From the NCBI RefSeq assembly GCF_003790525.1, contig NZ_CP033635.1: a stretch of DNA of 64,000 nucleotides, one strand, 5' to 3'. A program made the translations under genes and the position numbers. Source of the stretch: Escherichia coli (GTDB lineage: Bacteria > Pseudomonadota > Gammaproteobacteria > Enterobacterales > Enterobacteriaceae). Within the stretch, counting starts at the first letter, position 1. The number at the start of each line of letters is the position of its first letter. The notes under the pieces are model-generated. The model ran no database searches and was not told the DNA's origin. It was given only the letters and a program-made list of their open reading frames with translations. Shown here piece by piece: positions 11,458 through 27,066 of this stretch.

Positions 11458-12156
11458 TCAGAACACCAGGTGTTCTGCGCGCACAATCAAAGACATACCC
11501 GAATTCAGCTGGACGCGGACGCCGTCTTTGGTGATTTCTAATACGGTGGCATCCATCGCGTTTTGACCCGCTTTCACCTTCAGGGCTTGTCCGACAGTCA
11601 GAGCTGAAATGTCAGAAACCGGGGTGTGCTGTTCTTCGCGAGGTGCTTTTACTGTTTTTGGCGCTTTCTCTACCGGCTTTTGCGCACGAGGTTTACGTTC
11701 AGCGCCTTCTTTGCGGCGTGGCGTGGTCGGACGTGGCTTGCGTTCGCGGCGCGGTGCGTCTTCTTTCTCACCAGCAGCTGCGGCAGCTTCGCGTTTTTTC
11801 GCTTGCTGTTCAGCACGCTGTGCCTGAACACGCGCTTTCGCTTCTTCAAGCTGCTTGCGAGCATGCTCGACATGTTGCTCGTCCAGCTCACCGCATGGGT
11901 TGCCGTCAAGATCGACACGCGTTGCGCCGGGTTTAACACCGTAAAGGTAACGCCAGCTCGAAGTGTAGAGACGTAAAGCGGATCGCAATTGCGTTTTGCT
12001 CAGGTTCATTTCCCCGGCAACACGATCGACCAAATCCTGAAAAATACCGATTTTCAGCGGACGCGCTTCACCTTCCGCACTGAAACAGTGGGGAAAACGT
12101 TCGGCCAGAAACGCGATTACTTCTTTACTGCTATTCAACTTAGGTTGATTTTCCAT
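11458..12156 (-). CDS. proQ: RNA chaperone ProQ
   Basis: 232 aa with FinO-like N-domain and basic linker. Confidence 0.95.
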
Positions 12157-12252
12157 GAAATTTCCTGATTACAACGGACGTAGCCAACAAGCGCAGGCAT
12201 GAACAGGCGTCATTATAATGACGCTATCAGTAAATGCTACGTTATCCGTTGA

Positions 12253-12750
12253 TTATCCTGCGACGCTCGCAAAGAATTTTTTGTAATCCGTCGTTGCAAG
12301 CACCTTTTCAAGCTGTGCCACAAGCTGACGTAAGCCTTGCTCGTCCTCGTCTGTAAAGCGACCGAAGACGGTACTGTCGATGTCGAGAACACCAATAATC
12401 TGATTTTTCACCACCAGTGGCAGAACAATTTCAGAATTACTCGCCGCATCACAGGCAATATGCCCGTCAAACGCGTGAACATCCTCGATACGCTGCACTT
12501 GATTGCGGGCAACCGCAGTGCCGCATACGCCGCGCCCAACGGGTATCCGGACACAGGCAATTTTGCCCTGAAATGGTCCGAGCACCAGTGTATCGTCGTC
12601 AAGCAAATAAAAACCTGCCCAGTTTACGTCAGTGAGACGCTCATATAACAACGCACTGGTGTTCGCAAGCGTTGCCAGAAAACTGGTTTCTCCCGCCATC
12701 AGCGCGTTAAAGTCGCGATTAAAATCCGCGTAAAATTCTGCTTTGTTCAT
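12253..12750 (-). CDS. msrC: Free methionine-(R)-sulfoxide reductase (GAF domain)
   Basis: 165-aa product starting MNKAEFYADF; internal start of the track ORF. Confidence 0.85.
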   Translation of the reverse strand: MNKAEFYADFNRDFNALMAGETSFLATLANTSALLYERLTDVNWAGFYLLDDDTLVLGPFQGKIACVRIPVGRGVCGTAVARNQVQRIEDVHAFDGHIACDAASNSEIVLPLVVKNQIIGVLDIDSTVFGRFTDEDEQGLRQLVAQLEKVLATTDYKKFFASVAG

Positions 12751-12879
12751 TATATAATCACTTGGTTGTCTTACCTGGAACTGCCAGCCTATTAAAATAA
12801 GCATTAAATGCGTTAATGCTCAAGATCATTCCCATCATGGGTTAAGATTAATGTTAATTCTTATTACATTTGGCACGTC

Positions 12880-14163
12880 ATGGCTCTTAACACACCACAA
12901 ATTACGCCGACAAAGAAGATAACAGTGAGGGCTATCGGCGAGGAACTGCCGCGTGGTGATTACCAACGTTGCCCGCAATGTGACATGCTGTTTAGCCTGC
13001 CCGAGATAAATTCTCATCAAAGTGCCTATTGTCCGCGCTGTCAGGCAAAAATTCGTGACGGGCGCGACTGGTCGCTAACGCGCCTGGCGGCAATGGCGTT
13101 CGCTATGCTGTTGTTGATGCCGTTTGCCTGGGGCGAACCGCTGTTGCATATCTGGCTGTTAGGCATCCGTATTGACGCCAACGTTATGCAAGGCATCTGG
13201 CAAATGACCAAACAGGGCGATGCGATAACGGGGTCGATGGTCTTTTTTTGCGTTATTGGTGCCCCCCTTATTCTGGTGACCTCCATAGCTTATTTATGGT
13301 TTGGTAACCGACTGGGAATGAATTTACGTCCGGTACTGCTGATGCTTGAGCGACTGAAAGAGTGGGTAATGCTCGATATCTACCTGGTCGGCATTGGCGT
13401 TGCTTCTATAAAGGTACAGGATTATGCCCATATCCAGGCGGGTGTCGGCTTGTTCTCTTTTGTGGCGTTGGTGATTTTAACGACGGTGACGTTGTCACAT
13501 CTTAATGTCGAAGAACTGTGGGAGCGATTTTATCCGCAGTGCCCCGCTACGCGAAGGGACGAGAAACTCCGTGTCTGTCTTGGGTGTCATTTTACCGGCT
13601 ATCCTGATCAGCGTGGTCGCTGCCCGCGTTGCCATATCCCGCTACGCCTGCGTCGCCGTCATAGTCTGCAAAAATGCTGGGCGGCGCTGTTAGCGTCAAT
13701 CGTTTTGTTGTTACCTGCCAACCTGTTGCCTATCTCTATCATTTATCTGAATGGTGGTCGGCAGGAAGATACGATTCTTTCCGGAATTATGTCGCTGGCA
13801 AGTAGCAACATTGCGGTTGCGGGAATCGTGTTTATCGCCAGTATTCTGGTACCGTTTACTAAAGTGATCGTCATGTTCACTTTACTGTTGAGTATTCATT
13901 TTAAATGCCAGCAAGGTTTACGCACACGCATTCTGTTACTGCGGATGGTGACCTGGATTGGTCGCTGGTCGATGCTCGACCTGTTTGTCATATCTTTAAC
14001 CATGTCGCTGATTAATCGCGATCAGATCCTCGCTTTTACTATGGGACCGGCTGCGTTTTATTTCGGCGCAGCGGTAATTTTGACTATTCTTGCTGTGGAA
14101 TGGCTGGACAGCCGCTTACTTTGGGATGCACATGAGTCAGGAAACGCCCGCTTCGACGACTGA
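12880..14163 (+). CDS. yebS: PqiA-family inner membrane protein YebS
   Basis: 427 aa with two CxxC pairs and multiple TM segments. Confidence 0.9.
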   Translation: MALNTPQITPTKKITVRAIGEELPRGDYQRCPQCDMLFSLPEINSHQSAYCPRCQAKIRDGRDWSLTRLAAMAFAMLLLMPFAWGEPLLHIWLLGIRIDANVMQGIWQMTKQGDAITGSMVFFCVIGAPLILVTSIAYLWFGNRLGMNLRPVLLMLERLKEWVMLDIYLVGIGVASIKVQDYAHIQAGVGLFSFVALVILTTVTLSHLNVEELWERFYPQCPATRRDEKLRVCLGCHFTGYPDQRGRCPRCHIPLRLRRRHSLQKCWAALLASIVLLLPANLLPISIIYLNGGRQEDTILSGIMSLASSNIAVAGIVFIASILVPFTKVIVMFTLLLSIHFKCQQGLRTRILLLRMVTWIGRWSMLDLFVISLTMSLINRDQILAFTMGPAAFYFGAAVILTILAVEWLDSRLLWDAHESGNARFDD

Positions 14164-16765
14164 AGCGCAGATTAAAAATAAACGCCGTATCTCACCTTTC
14201 TGGCTGCTGCCGTTCATCGCGCTAATGATTGCTGGTTGGCTGATTTGGGACAGTTATCAGGACCGGGGTAATACTGTCACCATCGACTTTATGTCGGCGG
14301 ATGGTATTGTTCCAGGCCGTACGCCTGTTCGTTATCAGGGCGTTGAAGTCGGAACTGTGCAGGATATCAGCCTCAGCGACGATCTTCGTAAGATTGAAGT
14401 CAAGGTCAGCATCAAGTCCGATATGAAAGATGCGCTGCGCGAAGAGACACAGTTCTGGTTGGTGACGCCAAAGGCCTCGTTGGCAGGTGTCTCCGGGCTG
14501 GACGCCCTCGTCGGTGGTAATTATATCGGCATGATGCCGGGCAAAGGTAAAGAGCAGGATCACTTTGTCGCACTCGACACCCAACCGAAATATCGGCTGG
14601 ACAATGGCGATCTGATGATCCACCTGCAAGCCCCCGATCTCGGTTCACTGAGCAGTGGTTCATTGGTCTATTTCCGCAAGATCCCGGTGGGTAAAGTCTA
14701 CGACTATGCCATCAATCCCAATAAGCAAGGCGTGGTGATTGATGTCCTGATCGAGCGGCGTTTTACCGATCTGGTGAAAAAAGGTAGCCGTTTCTGGAAC
14801 GTTTCCGGCGTTGATGCCAACGTCAGTATCAGTGGCGCGAAGGTGAAACTGGAAAGTCTGGCGGCACTGGTTAACGGTGCGATTGCCTTCGATTCACCTG
14901 AAGAGTCGAAACCTGCCGAGGCGGAAGATACCTTTGGTCTGTATGAAGATCTCGCCCACAGCCAGCGTGGCGTAATAATAAAACTGGAACTGCCGAGTGG
15001 GGCCGGATTAACCGCCGACTCGACGCCGTTAATGTATCAGGGGCTGGAAGTCGGACAGCTGACTAAACTGGATTTAAATCCTGGTGGTAAAGTCACTGGG
15101 GAAATGACCGTTGATCCCAGCGTCGTCACCCTGCTTCGTGAAAATACCCGCATCGAATTACGCAACCCGAAATTATCCCTTAGCGATGCCAATCTCAGCG
15201 CCCTGCTGACCGGAAAAACCTTTGAGTTGGTGCCCGGCGATGGCGAGCCACGCAAAGAGTTCGTTGTTGTGCCAGGCGAAAAAGCACTGCTGCATGAACC
15301 TGATGTTCTGACACTGACCCTGACAGCACCGGAAAGTTACGGTATTGATGCTGGTCAGCCGCTCATTCTTCACGGCGTGCAGGTAGGCCAGGTTATTGAT
15401 CGTAAACTCACCAGCAAAGGCGTCACCTTTACCGTCGCCATCGAGCCTCAGCATCGAGAACTGGTAAAAGGCGATAGCAAATTTGTCGTCAACAGCCGTG
15501 TCGACGTGAAGGTGGGGCTGGATGGCGTTGAGTTTCTCGGAGCCAGCGCCTCAGAATGGATTAACGGCGGGATACGTATTCTGCCGGGCGATAAAGGCGA
15601 GATGAAAGCCAGCTATCCACTGTATGCCAATCTGGAAAAAGCGCTGGAGAACAGCCTTAGCGATTTACCCACCACAACCCTAAGTTTGAGTGCAGAGACG
15701 CTGCCGGATGTGCAGGCAGGATCGGTAGTGCTGTACCGTAAATTTGAAGTTGGTGAAGTTATTACCGTGCGTCCGCGAGCTAACGCGTTTGATATCGATC
15801 TGCATATTAAGCCGGAGTATCGCAACCTTCTGACCAGCAATAGCGTGTTCTGGGCAGAAGGCGGGGCGAAAGTTCAGCTGAATGGTAGTGGCCTGACCGT
15901 ACAGGCATCCCCGCTCTCCAGAGCATTAAAGGGAGCCATTAGCTTCGATAACCTCAGCGGTGCCAGCGCCAGTCAGCGTAAAGGCGACAAACGTATTCTG
16001 TATGCTTCCGAAACAGCGGCCCGTGCGGTTGGCGGGCAGATTACGCTTCACGCTTTCGATGCCGGAAAACTGGCGGTCGGGATGCCAATTCGCTATCTCG
16101 GTATTGATATCGGGCAAATCCAGACGCTGTATCTGATTACCGCGCGCAATGAAGTGCAGGCAAAAGCGGTGCTCTATCCGGAGTATGTCCAGACCTTCGC
16201 CCGCGGCGGTACGCGCTTCTCGGTGGTCACACCGCAAATTTCAGCCGCGGGCGTTGAGCATCTTGATACCATCCTCCAGCCGTATATCAACGTCGAACCA
16301 GGTCGGGGTAATCCTCGCCGCGACTTTGAGTTGCAAGAAGCCACCATTACTGATTCGCGTTACCTGGATGGCTTAAGCATTATTGTTGAAGCGCCGGAAG
16401 CCGGTTCGTTAGGTATTGGTACGCCTGTGCTGTTCCGTGGTCTGGAAGTCGGTACGGTTACCGGAATGACGCTGGGGACATTGTCTGATCGCGTGATGAT
16501 TGCGATGCGCATCAGTAAACGCTATCAACACCTGGTGCGCAACAATTCCGTCTTCTGGTTGGCATCAGGTTACAGTCTGGACTTTGGTCTGACGGGCGGA
16601 GTAGTGAAAACCGGCACCTTTAACCAATTTATCCGTGGCGGCATCGCCTTCGCCACGCCTCCGGGTACGCCACTGGCACCGAAAGCCCAGGAAGGCAAGC
16701 ACTTCCTGTTGCAGGAAAGTGAACCGAAAGAGTGGCGTGAATGGGGAACTGCGCTTCCCAAATAA
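14132..16765 (+). CDS. yebT: MCE-domain lipid transport protein YebT
   Basis: 877-aa product starting MSQETPAST with repeated MCE domains; overlaps yebS by 32 nt. Confidence 0.9.
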   Translation: MSQETPASTTEAQIKNKRRISPFWLLPFIALMIAGWLIWDSYQDRGNTVTIDFMSADGIVPGRTPVRYQGVEVGTVQDISLSDDLRKIEVKVSIKSDMKDALREETQFWLVTPKASLAGVSGLDALVGGNYIGMMPGKGKEQDHFVALDTQPKYRLDNGDLMIHLQAPDLGSLSSGSLVYFRKIPVGKVYDYAINPNKQGVVIDVLIERRFTDLVKKGSRFWNVSGVDANVSISGAKVKLESLAALVNGAIAFDSPEESKPAEAEDTFGLYEDLAHSQRGVIIKLELPSGAGLTADSTPLMYQGLEVGQLTKLDLNPGGKVTGEMTVDPSVVTLLRENTRIELRNPKLSLSDANLSALLTGKTFELVPGDGEPRKEFVVVPGEKALLHEPDVLTLTLTAPESYGIDAGQPLILHGVQVGQVIDRKLTSKGVTFTVAIEPQHRELVKGDSKFVVNSRVDVKVGLDGVEFLGASASEWINGGIRILPGDKGEMKASYPLYANLEKALENSLSDLPTTTLSLSAETLPDVQAGSVVLYRKFEVGEVITVRPRANAFDIDLHIKPEYRNLLTSNSVFWAEGGAKVQLNGSGLTVQASPLSRALKGAISFDNLSGASASQRKGDKRILYASETAARAVGGQITLHAFDAGKLAVGMPIRYLGIDIGQIQTLYLITARNEVQAKAVLYPEYVQTFARGGTRFSVVTPQISAAGVEHLDTILQPYINVEPGRGNPRRDFELQEATITDSRYLDGLSIIVEAPEAGSLGIGTPVLFRGLEVGTVTGMTLGTLSDRVMIAMRISKRYQHLVRNNSVFWLASGYSLDFGLTGGVVKTGTFNQFIRGGIAFATPPGTPLAPKAQEGKHFLLQESEPKEWREWGTALPK

Positions 16766-16844
16766 TGCCCACTGCTCCGGCGTGTCTGCGCCGGAGCGTT
16801 TATGCTAAACTGCGCGCCTGTTTTTTTGCCAGTGGTATATGCTC

Positions 16845-18284
16845 GTGGCCCAACACACCGTTTATTTCCCGGACGCCTTTCTGACACAAATGCGCGAAGC
16901 TATGCCTTCGACGCTCTCTTTTGATGATTTTCTTGCCGCCTGTCAGCGCCCGTTGCGCCGCAGCATTCGCGTTAATACGCTGAAAATCTCCGTTGCTGAT
17001 TTCCTGCAATTAACCGCTCCTTATGGCTGGACGCTTACGCCAATTCCGTGGTGTGAAGAAGGTTTCTGGATTGAACGCGACGATGAAGATGCATTGCCAT
17101 TGGGTAGTACCGCCGAGCATTTAAGCGGCCTGTTTTATATTCAGGAAGCCAGTTCAATGTTGCCCGTTGCCGCCTTGTTTGCTGACGGTAATGCACCACA
17201 GCGGGTGATGGATGTCGCTGCCGCGCCCGGCTCCAAAACGACGCAAATTGCCGCGCGGATGAATAACGAAGGGGCGATCCTTGCCAATGAGTTTTCCGCC
17301 AGTCGGGTAAAAGTGTTACATGCCAATATCAGCCGCTGTGGCATCAGTAATGTTGCGCTCACACATTTTGATGGCCGCGTGTTTGGTGCGGCAGTGCCAG
17401 AAATGTTCGATGCCATTTTGCTGGACGCTCCCTGCTCCGGCGAAGGCGTGGTGCGTAAAGATCCCGATGCGCTAAAAAACTGGTCACCAGAAAGCAATCA
17501 GGAAATCGCAGCGACCCAACGGGAACTGATCGACAGCGCCTTTCATGCATTACGCCCTGGCGGTACGCTGGTTTACTCGACCTGTACCTTAAACAGGGAA
17601 GAAAACGAAGCCGTTTGCCTGTGGCTGAAAGAGACTTACCCCGACGCAGTAGAGTTTTTACCGCTTGGCGATCTCTTCCCTGGTGCAAATAAGGCGCTGA
17701 CCGAAGAAGGCTTTTTGCATGTTTTCCCACAAATTTACGACTGCGAAGGCTTCTTCGTTGCTCGTCTGCGTAAAACTCAGGCGATCCCCGTCTTACCCGC
17801 CCCAAAATACAAAGTGGGCAATTTCCCGTTTAGCCCGGTGAAAGATCGCGAAGCCGGTCAAATTCGTCAGGCGGCTGCAGGTGTTGGCTTAAACTGGGAT
17901 GGAAACCTGCGACTCTGGCAACGCGACAAAGAACTGTGGTTGTTCCCGGTAGGCATTGAAGCCCTGATCGGTAAAGTCCGATTTTCTCGGTTGGGGATTA
18001 AACTTGCCGAAACGCATAACAAAGGTTATCGCTGGCAGCATGAAGCGGTTATTGCCCTTGCCTCCCCCGACAATGTGAACGCTTTTGAACTGACACCGCA
18101 GGAAGCGGAAGAGTGGTATCGCGGGCGCGATGTTTACCCGCAAGCCGCGCCAGTAGCGGATGATGTATTGGTTACTTTCCAGCATCAGCCGATTGGTTTA
18201 GCCAAACGAATTGGTTCGCGACTGAAAAACAGCTACCCGCGTGAACTGGTGCGAGACGGGAAACTTTTTACCGGTAACGCCTGA
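16845..18284 (+). CDS. rsmF: 16S rRNA m5C1407 methyltransferase RsmF
   Basis: 479 aa, SAM-dependent MTase motifs; GTG start chosen by recall of the annotated N-terminus. Confidence 0.85.
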   Translation: MAQHTVYFPDAFLTQMREAMPSTLSFDDFLAACQRPLRRSIRVNTLKISVADFLQLTAPYGWTLTPIPWCEEGFWIERDDEDALPLGSTAEHLSGLFYIQEASSMLPVAALFADGNAPQRVMDVAAAPGSKTTQIAARMNNEGAILANEFSASRVKVLHANISRCGISNVALTHFDGRVFGAAVPEMFDAILLDAPCSGEGVVRKDPDALKNWSPESNQEIAATQRELIDSAFHALRPGGTLVYSTCTLNREENEAVCLWLKETYPDAVEFLPLGDLFPGANKALTEEGFLHVFPQIYDCEGFFVARLRKTQAIPVLPAPKYKVGNFPFSPVKDREAGQIRQAAAGVGLNWDGNLRLWQRDKELWLFPVGIEALIGKVRFSRLGIKLAETHNKGYRWQHEAVIALASPDNVNAFELTPQEAEEWYRGRDVYPQAAPVADDVLVTFQHQPIGLAKRIGSRLKNSYPRELVRDGKLFTGNA

Positions 18285-18401
18285 CAGCGCACAAAAAAAG
18301 CGCACTTTTTGACTGGCACATTCGGCTGCCTCAACTAGGCTGAAAAATGGTGCGATCGGACTGGTCGTACCACAATCGGCAGCTAAATGGAGAGCACGAA
18401 G

Positions 18402-18638
18402 ATGAAAACCAGTGTGCGCATAGGCGCTTTTGAAATCGACGACGGCGAATTACACGGCGAATCGCCGGGTGATCGAACGTTAACCATTCCTTGTAAATCA
18501 GACCCCGATTTATGTATGCAACTGGATGCCTGGGATGCTGAAACCAGTATCCCTGCCCTGCTAAATGGCGAACACTCTGTCCTTTACCGTACCCGTTACG
18601 ATCAACAATCTGATGCCTGGATTATGCGTCTTGCCTGA
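18402..18638 (+). CDS. yebV: Small protein YebV
   Basis: 78-aa product starting MKTSVRIGAFEIDDGEL. Confidence 0.8.
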   Translation: MKTSVRIGAFEIDDGELHGESPGDRTLTIPCKSDPDLCMQLDAWDAETSIPALLNGEHSVLYRTRYDQQSDAWIMRLA

Positions 18639-18742
18639 TCCAAAAAGAACCCGTCGGCATGGCGGGTTATTTGTCCTGGTTATTCCCCCGTTGTAAAATC
18701 TCACCTAAACTTAACGGTACGGCACCACACTTCGGGGATGAA

Positions 18743-18934
18743 ATGTTCGCGCTGGTACTTTTTGTTTGCTACCTGGATGGCGGTTGTGAAGATATTGTTG
18801 TGGATGTCTACAACACGGAACAGCAGTGTCTTTATTCTATGAGCGATCAACGGATCCGCCATGGCGGTTGTTTTCCGATTGAGGATTTTATAGATGGTTT
18901 CTGGCGACCTGCACAGGAATACGGTGATTTTTAA
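18743..18934 (+). CDS. yebW: Small protein YebW
   Basis: 63-aa product starting MFALVLFVCYLDGG. Confidence 0.7.
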   Translation: MFALVLFVCYLDGGCEDIVVDVYNTEQQCLYSMSDQRIRHGGCFPIEDFIDGFWRPAQEYGDF

Positions 18935-19591
18935 TTATTGCAATTGCACAAGAGTCAGTTCGCCCCCAAAGACAGCACCTGTATCAATATAATGCAGGTT
19001 GCCAATATCCACGCGATGGCGCAACGGTGTATGACCAAACCAGAAATGATCAGCACCTGTAATTCCCTGCCCTTTTTGGCGTTCACCTAACCGCGAGCGG
19101 CTCCACAAGACCTGATGCAAATCGACGTCCTTTTGCCATTCATAAACATCATCCGGATAATCGGCATGGGCAATAACATGTTTGCCGGTGCGACTGTGTA
19201 CTTCAAGAATAAAGGGCAAATACTGACATTTTTCCAGCGCCGTTTTCGCTTGTTTCTGTTGATAATCTGCCAGCGCAATAAACCAGTTGCCGCCATTCAT
19301 CAACCACAAAGACATCTGCTGGGATGCCAGCGCATCCATCGCCATCTGTTCATGATTGCCTCTTACCGCACGAACCCAATGTTGTTCCAGTAACTGCAGA
19401 CAACGTAAACTTTGCTGCCCACGATCGATAACGTCTCCCACTGAGATAAGTAAATCTCGCCACGGATCAAAACGACAATGCCATAATTTGCGGCGCAACT
19501 GCTCAAGACAACCGTGTATATCGCCTGAAAGCCAGATATGTCGCCATTGATGACCCGCAATTCTCTGATAAACGGGCGCAGGCTGTTTCAT
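18935..19591 (-). CDS. pphA: Ser/Thr protein phosphatase 1
   Basis: 218 aa with calcineurin-like metallophosphatase motifs GDIHG, GNHE. Confidence 0.9.
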   Translation of the reverse strand: MKQPAPVYQRIAGHQWRHIWLSGDIHGCLEQLRRKLWHCRFDPWRDLLISVGDVIDRGQQSLRCLQLLEQHWVRAVRGNHEQMAMDALASQQMSLWLMNGGNWFIALADYQQKQAKTALEKCQYLPFILEVHSRTGKHVIAHADYPDDVYEWQKDVDLHQVLWSRSRLGERQKGQGITGADHFWFGHTPLRHRVDIGNLHYIDTGAVFGGELTLVQLQ

Positions 19592-19699
19592 CAATATTTT
19601 CCTCCCGCGCTAAAGATCACATAATCTTAACAAGAATGTTAAAAAACGCTGGACTCAGACAGTAGAGTGTGTGTTATGGTTGACTATAAAGTCAGCGAA

Positions 19700-19958
19700 G
19701 GGAATGCTTCTGGCTTTTAACAGATAAAAAGAGACCGAACACGATTCCTGTATTCGGTCCAGGGAAATGGCTCTTGGGAGAGAGCCGTGCGCTAAAAGTT
19801 GGCATTAATGCAGGCTTAGTTGCCTTGCTCTTTAAGAATAGATGACGACGCCAGATTTTCCAGTTTGCGTGCAAAATGGTCAATAAAAAGCGCGGTGGTC
19901 ATCAGCTTAAATGTTAAAAACCGCCCGTTCTGGTGAAAGAACTGAGGCGGTTTTTTTA
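19700..19958 (+). ncRNA. ryeA: Antisense small RNA RyeA (SraC), approximate bounds
   Basis: Known to overlap sdsR on the opposite strand; plus-strand intrinsic terminator (ccgcc...ggcgg then T-tract) at about 19920-19958. Confidence 0.45.
19736..19828 (-). ncRNA. sdsR: Small RNA SdsR (RyeB)
   Basis: Reverse-strand sequence GCAAGGCAACTAAGCCTGCATTAATGCCAACTTTTAGCGC...GGTCTCTTTTT recognised as SdsR; lies between pphA and yebY. Confidence 0.75.
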
Positions 19959-19986
19959 TTGGAAATCAAAAGGCTATTTTAGGTAA

Positions 19987-20328
19987 TTAACAGAGTTTTT
20001 CAGCTCGTTCTATAAACGGTGCCAGACTCATTTTTTCGCCGGGATTGTTAGGATCATTAATCTGAATCACCGAAATGGGTTGGGCTTTAGTCTTCCCACT
20101 GGCAACTTCCTTTTGTGCGATATCGTTTAAAGGATACTGCACGAGGGTACTTGGGTTGATGACATACAAAGCATTACCCGGTCGGCAAGTCAGCATCACC
20201 TCTTCGCGATTAAACGCCCATTTGTCTTTACCCACTTCAAAACGGCTGACGGTAATCACCTGCGGTGCAGCCAGCGCCGCTGCAGAACTGGTGAGTAACA
20301 GAAACGCCAGAATACTTTTTTTCATCAT
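19987..20328 (-). CDS. yebY: Lipoprotein YebY
   Basis: 113 aa with signal peptide. Confidence 0.85.
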   Translation of the reverse strand: MMKKSILAFLLLTSSAAALAAPQVITVSRFEVGKDKWAFNREEVMLTCRPGNALYVINPSTLVQYPLNDIAQKEVASGKTKAQPISVIQINDPNNPGEKMSLAPFIERAEKLC

Positions 20329-20340
20329 TTTCGTAATCCA

Positions 20341-21213
20341 TCAAAAAGGTTCGAGAGTCGCAAGCAGGCTGATGATCACCAGCACTACCGCACCTATCGC
20401 CCATTCGAGTTTAGTCATCCACACAAACCAGGGTGCCGCACGATCTTCATCCTGCCTCATGCGCGGTACAAGAACATAACGATTAGCCAGCGCAATGACC
20501 ACCATAATCATCACCAGGATGGCTTTGAGCAATAAGAGTTGGCCCCAGTAAGTCGTAAGCGTGGGGGGAAATCCGGTAATCAACAATGCATTAAGCACGC
20601 CGCTTGCCAGTACGCCGATCACCGCAAAATGCCCGCACCAGGAAAAACGCATCAGCGCCTGAATAGCCTGGTGTCGCCAACGGCCTTTGATGAGTTGCAT
20701 ACACCAGAGCACCGGCAGTAATCCCCCAAACCACGCCGCCGCACAAATCAGGTGAATCGCGTGATTAGTCTGATGGATTTTCGCCGTTACCCCTTCATTC
20801 AGCGTCGCATGCCCGACTCCCGCCAGCAGAAAAAATTGCGCGGTAGTGAGCATAAACAGCAAACGTGGCATATTCCGCGGTTGCATAAGGGCGACGATCA
20901 ACGTTACGAGGGCGAGAACAATTTGCCATAACCAGACGCCACCAAACTGCGCTTGCAAAACAGCCTGCCAAATGTTTGGCGAAAATACATCTGACCATCC
21001 CGTTCCCATCAACCCGCCCTGAACGGCGAGCATTGCAGTGGCACTGATCAAACTCCAGACGGCAGCGTGCTGTTGTAAACGCAGAAAACGCTTCGTCAGC
21101 AAGCGACGAATCGTTAAGGGGGCCAGCCAGGCACCGTACATTGCGAAGCCAAAAACCAACATCAGCGAGGTGAAATGGATAAATCGCAGCGCGATCCAGG
21201 TAAACGCCAGCAT
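20341..21213 (-). CDS. yebZ: CopD-family inner membrane protein YebZ
   Basis: 290-aa polytopic membrane protein. Confidence 0.9.
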   Translation of the reverse strand: MLAFTWIALRFIHFTSLMLVFGFAMYGAWLAPLTIRRLLTKRFLRLQQHAAVWSLISATAMLAVQGGLMGTGWSDVFSPNIWQAVLQAQFGGVWLWQIVLALVTLIVALMQPRNMPRLLFMLTTAQFFLLAGVGHATLNEGVTAKIHQTNHAIHLICAAAWFGGLLPVLWCMQLIKGRWRHQAIQALMRFSWCGHFAVIGVLASGVLNALLITGFPPTLTTYWGQLLLLKAILVMIMVVIALANRYVLVPRMRQDEDRAAPWFVWMTKLEWAIGAVVLVIISLLATLEPF

Positions 21214-21216
21214 GAT

Positions 21217-21591
21217 TTATTTCACGCTAAAGGTGTAGTGTCCTTTCGTTTTATGCCCGTCCACCGAAACAACATGCCAGTTAACGGTGTAGGTTCCGGG
21301 TTTCAGCGAATCGGCCAGTGGAACAATCAGTTGCTTTGGGTCCTGCTCATTTCGCTTCGCCGGTAATGTTTTAATATTTTCGTTTTTTGGCCCCGTGATT
21401 TTTGCACCACTGAATCCTGTTTCAACGCCTTCCGAGAAGTTTAAAGTGATTGCCTGCGGGGCAGCTGTCAGTTGCGCATTTGCTGCAGGATACTGATGCA
21501 TTAAATGCGCATGTGCCCAGACGGAAGGTGTCACCAACGAAGTGGTCAGGATTGCCAGCGCGTAGCGAAGGGAGCGTGCAGTTGAAGCCAT
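21217..21591 (-). CDS. yobA: CopC-family periplasmic copper-binding protein YobA
   Basis: 124 aa with signal peptide and His-rich start of the mature protein. Confidence 0.9.
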   Translation of the reverse strand: MASTARSLRYALAILTTSLVTPSVWAHAHLMHQYPAANAQLTAAPQAITLNFSEGVETGFSGAKITGPKNENIKTLPAKRNEQDPKQLIVPLADSLKPGTYTVNWHVVSVDGHKTKGHYTFSVK

Positions 21592-21729
21592 ATTATCTAT
21601 TCCTTTTTGTAATAACTTTTTTACAGAGCATAACCTTGTCTAATGTCTGAGTCGAGGATCATCAATTCCGGCTTGCCATCCAGGCTCACTCTTAGTAACT
21701 TTTGCCCGCGAATGATGAGGAGATTAAGA

Positions 21730-21960
21730 ATGCTGAAGAATCTGGCTAAACTGGATCAAACAGAAATGGATAAAGTGAATGTCGATTTGGCGGCGGCAGG
21801 GGTTGCATTTAAAGAACGCTACAATATGCCGGTGATCGCTGAAGCGGTTGAACGTGAACAGCCTGAACATTTGCGCAGCTGGTTTCGCGAGCGGCTTATC
21901 GCCCACCGTTTGGCTTCGGTCAATCTGTCACGTTTACTTTACGAGCCCAAACTTAAATAA
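21730..21960 (+). CDS. holE: DNA polymerase III theta subunit
   Basis: 76-aa product starting [31 protein letters not shown]. Confidence 0.9.
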   Translation: MLKNLAKLDQTEMDKVNVDLAAAGVAFKERYNMPVIAEAVEREQPEHLRSWFRERLIAHRLASVNLSRLLYEPKLK

Positions 21961-22061
21961 AACTTATACATAGTTACACTTTCTTACATAACGCCTGCTA
22001 AATTATGAGTATTTTCTAAACCGCACCCATAATTTGCAGTCATTTTGAAAAGGAAGTCATT

Positions 22062-22718
22062 ATGTCGTTCTGGAAAGTTGCAGCAGCGCAATATGAGCCT
22101 CGTAAAACCTCACTCACCGAACAGGTAGCTCATCATCTGGAGTTTGTGAGGGCCGCCGCCAGGCAACAATGTCAGCTGTTAGTTTTTCCATCGCTTTCTT
22201 TACTGGGGTGTGATTATTCGCGACGTGCCCTTCCTGCCCCCCCCGATCTCTCGCTATTAGACCCGCTTTGTTATGCTGCAACGACCTGGCGAATGACTAT
22301 CATTGCCGGCCTTCCCGTTGAATATAACGATCGCTTTATTCGTGGAATTGCGGTGTTCGCACCGTGGCGAAAAACGCCAGGGATCTACCATCAGAGTTAT
22401 GGTGCATGTCTGGGCCGTCGTTCCAGAACCATCACGGTGGTCGATGAACAACCGGAAGGTATGGATATGGACCCGACCTGTTCACTGTTTACGACAGGGC
22501 AATGTCTGGGAGAACCCGACCTGCTGGCGTCGGCCCGTCGCTTACAATTTTTTTCACATCAGTACTCGATTGCTGTGCTGATGGCAAATGCCCGTGGTAA
22601 CAGTGCACTATGGGATGAACATGGTCGTCTCATCGTTCGCGCCGATCGTGGTTCATTATTGTTAGTCGGTCAGCGTTCATCACAGGGTTGGCAAGGCGAT
22701 ATCATTCCATTACGCTAG
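22062..22718 (+). CDS. yobB: Carbon-nitrogen hydrolase family protein YobB
   Basis: 218-aa ORF. Confidence 0.85.
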   Translation: MSFWKVAAAQYEPRKTSLTEQVAHHLEFVRAAARQQCQLLVFPSLSLLGCDYSRRALPAPPDLSLLDPLCYAATTWRMTIIAGLPVEYNDRFIRGIAVFAPWRKTPGIYHQSYGACLGRRSRTITVVDEQPEGMDMDPTCSLFTTGQCLGEPDLLASARRLQFFSHQYSIAVLMANARGNSALWDEHGRLIVRADRGSLLLVGQRSSQGWQGDIIPLR

Positions 22719-22741
22719 GCTTTTTCGGCCTGGAGCATGCC

Positions 22742-25488
<2,747 letters not shown>

Positions 25489-25667
25489 TTATAAGGGTGG
25501 CAAAACTCACCGGGGATGCAAGCGAAACAGGGTAGTCATTGCTTAGATGATGACAGGTAATGGCGCGGATATCGAATGTTATGCAGACAGAGAAAATCAG
25601 CCTGCTCAAATGGCCGTGCGGTTCTGGATAGCCCGAAATCGTCAACTTCAGGCTATCCAGAGCGGAA

Positions 25668-26327
25668 TTATTCCGCCAAAGTGCGTTTTTGTTGTTCGAG
25701 ATCGCGTTCAATGCCTTCACGAACGTCCTGGGGAATTTTCAGCGCGTCACCCAGTGCATTCAGGTAACTGCGTTCCATAAAATGGTCAATATCAATAGCC
25801 GCGCAGCTCAGGAAATAGATTTCCAGCGCCTCTTCTTCATTGCGGACCCCGGTAGCCAGGCGTTGTGGATCCAGCGGTTGTTCGATTGCCTGCTCAATGA
25901 GTACACGCCCCTGCTCTTCCACGCCGGCTTCACGCAATTGCTGGTCGATTGCCGCACGTTCTCTGGCATCAATATGACCATCACTTTTAGCGGCAAAGAC
26001 CAGCGCAAGGATCAAACGTTCCGTACGCTCATCCAGCGGCGTACTTTGCGCGCCAAACTGCGGTTCGTCCTGATGCGCCGCGCGAATTTTATCTTTGTAT
26101 TTATTCCACAGCACCGTACCCGCGACCGCTCCGCCGCCAACCAGTAACGCGTTGGTGCCATATTTCGTAAGAAGTTTCCGTGCTGATTTATTTGCGACCA
26201 GCAGCCCAGCCAGTCCGCCTAATGCGCCTGGCACTAAAAGTTTGCCCAATCCCTGATCCGCAGACGAGGAGGTAGAAGAACGGCTTTGCCCAAGCAGGGA
26301 TTGCAGTTGATTTAACCAGTTAGCCAT
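25668..26327 (-). CDS. yebE: DUF533 inner membrane protein YebE
   Basis: 219-aa ORF. Confidence 0.85.
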   Translation of the reverse strand: MANWLNQLQSLLGQSRSSTSSSADQGLGKLLVPGALGGLAGLLVANKSARKLLTKYGTNALLVGGGAVAGTVLWNKYKDKIRAAHQDEPQFGAQSTPLDERTERLILALVFAAKSDGHIDARERAAIDQQLREAGVEEQGRVLIEQAIEQPLDPQRLATGVRNEEEALEIYFLSCAAIDIDHFMERSYLNALGDALKIPQDVREGIERDLEQQKRTLAE

Positions 26328-26643
26328 ATTTGCTCCTCAATAACCATTTTTAGTGCCTGTAGCATAGCGGATGAGGATGTCAGAAAATGTATATCGAGAC
26401 AAAAGATGCGCAAATAAGCGAGTCGGTAGGCCGTTATTCAAAGAAATTCGCGCCAGGTAAGGTGTTCACTGTATATCAGGTGATAAGGGTATTTTAGGTG
26501 AAAGTAGTTTGACGTTTTGAGTAGCACTGTTTGATGCTGATTGCCCGATGCGACGCTGTTGCGTCTTCTCAGGCCTACGATTGTGGGGCGGACAAGGCAT
26601 TCGCGCCGCATCCGCCAACGGTCAATCGAATTATCAGAAGCCA

Positions 26644-27048
<405 letters not shown>

Positions 27049-27066
27049 TCAGGAGCGCAAGTTGCT

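Noticed and set aside
11609-11976. Three overlapping plus-strand ORFs of 72-116 aa rich in Arg/Ala/Phe
   Set aside because: Antisense to the basic linker region of proQ; compositional artefact.
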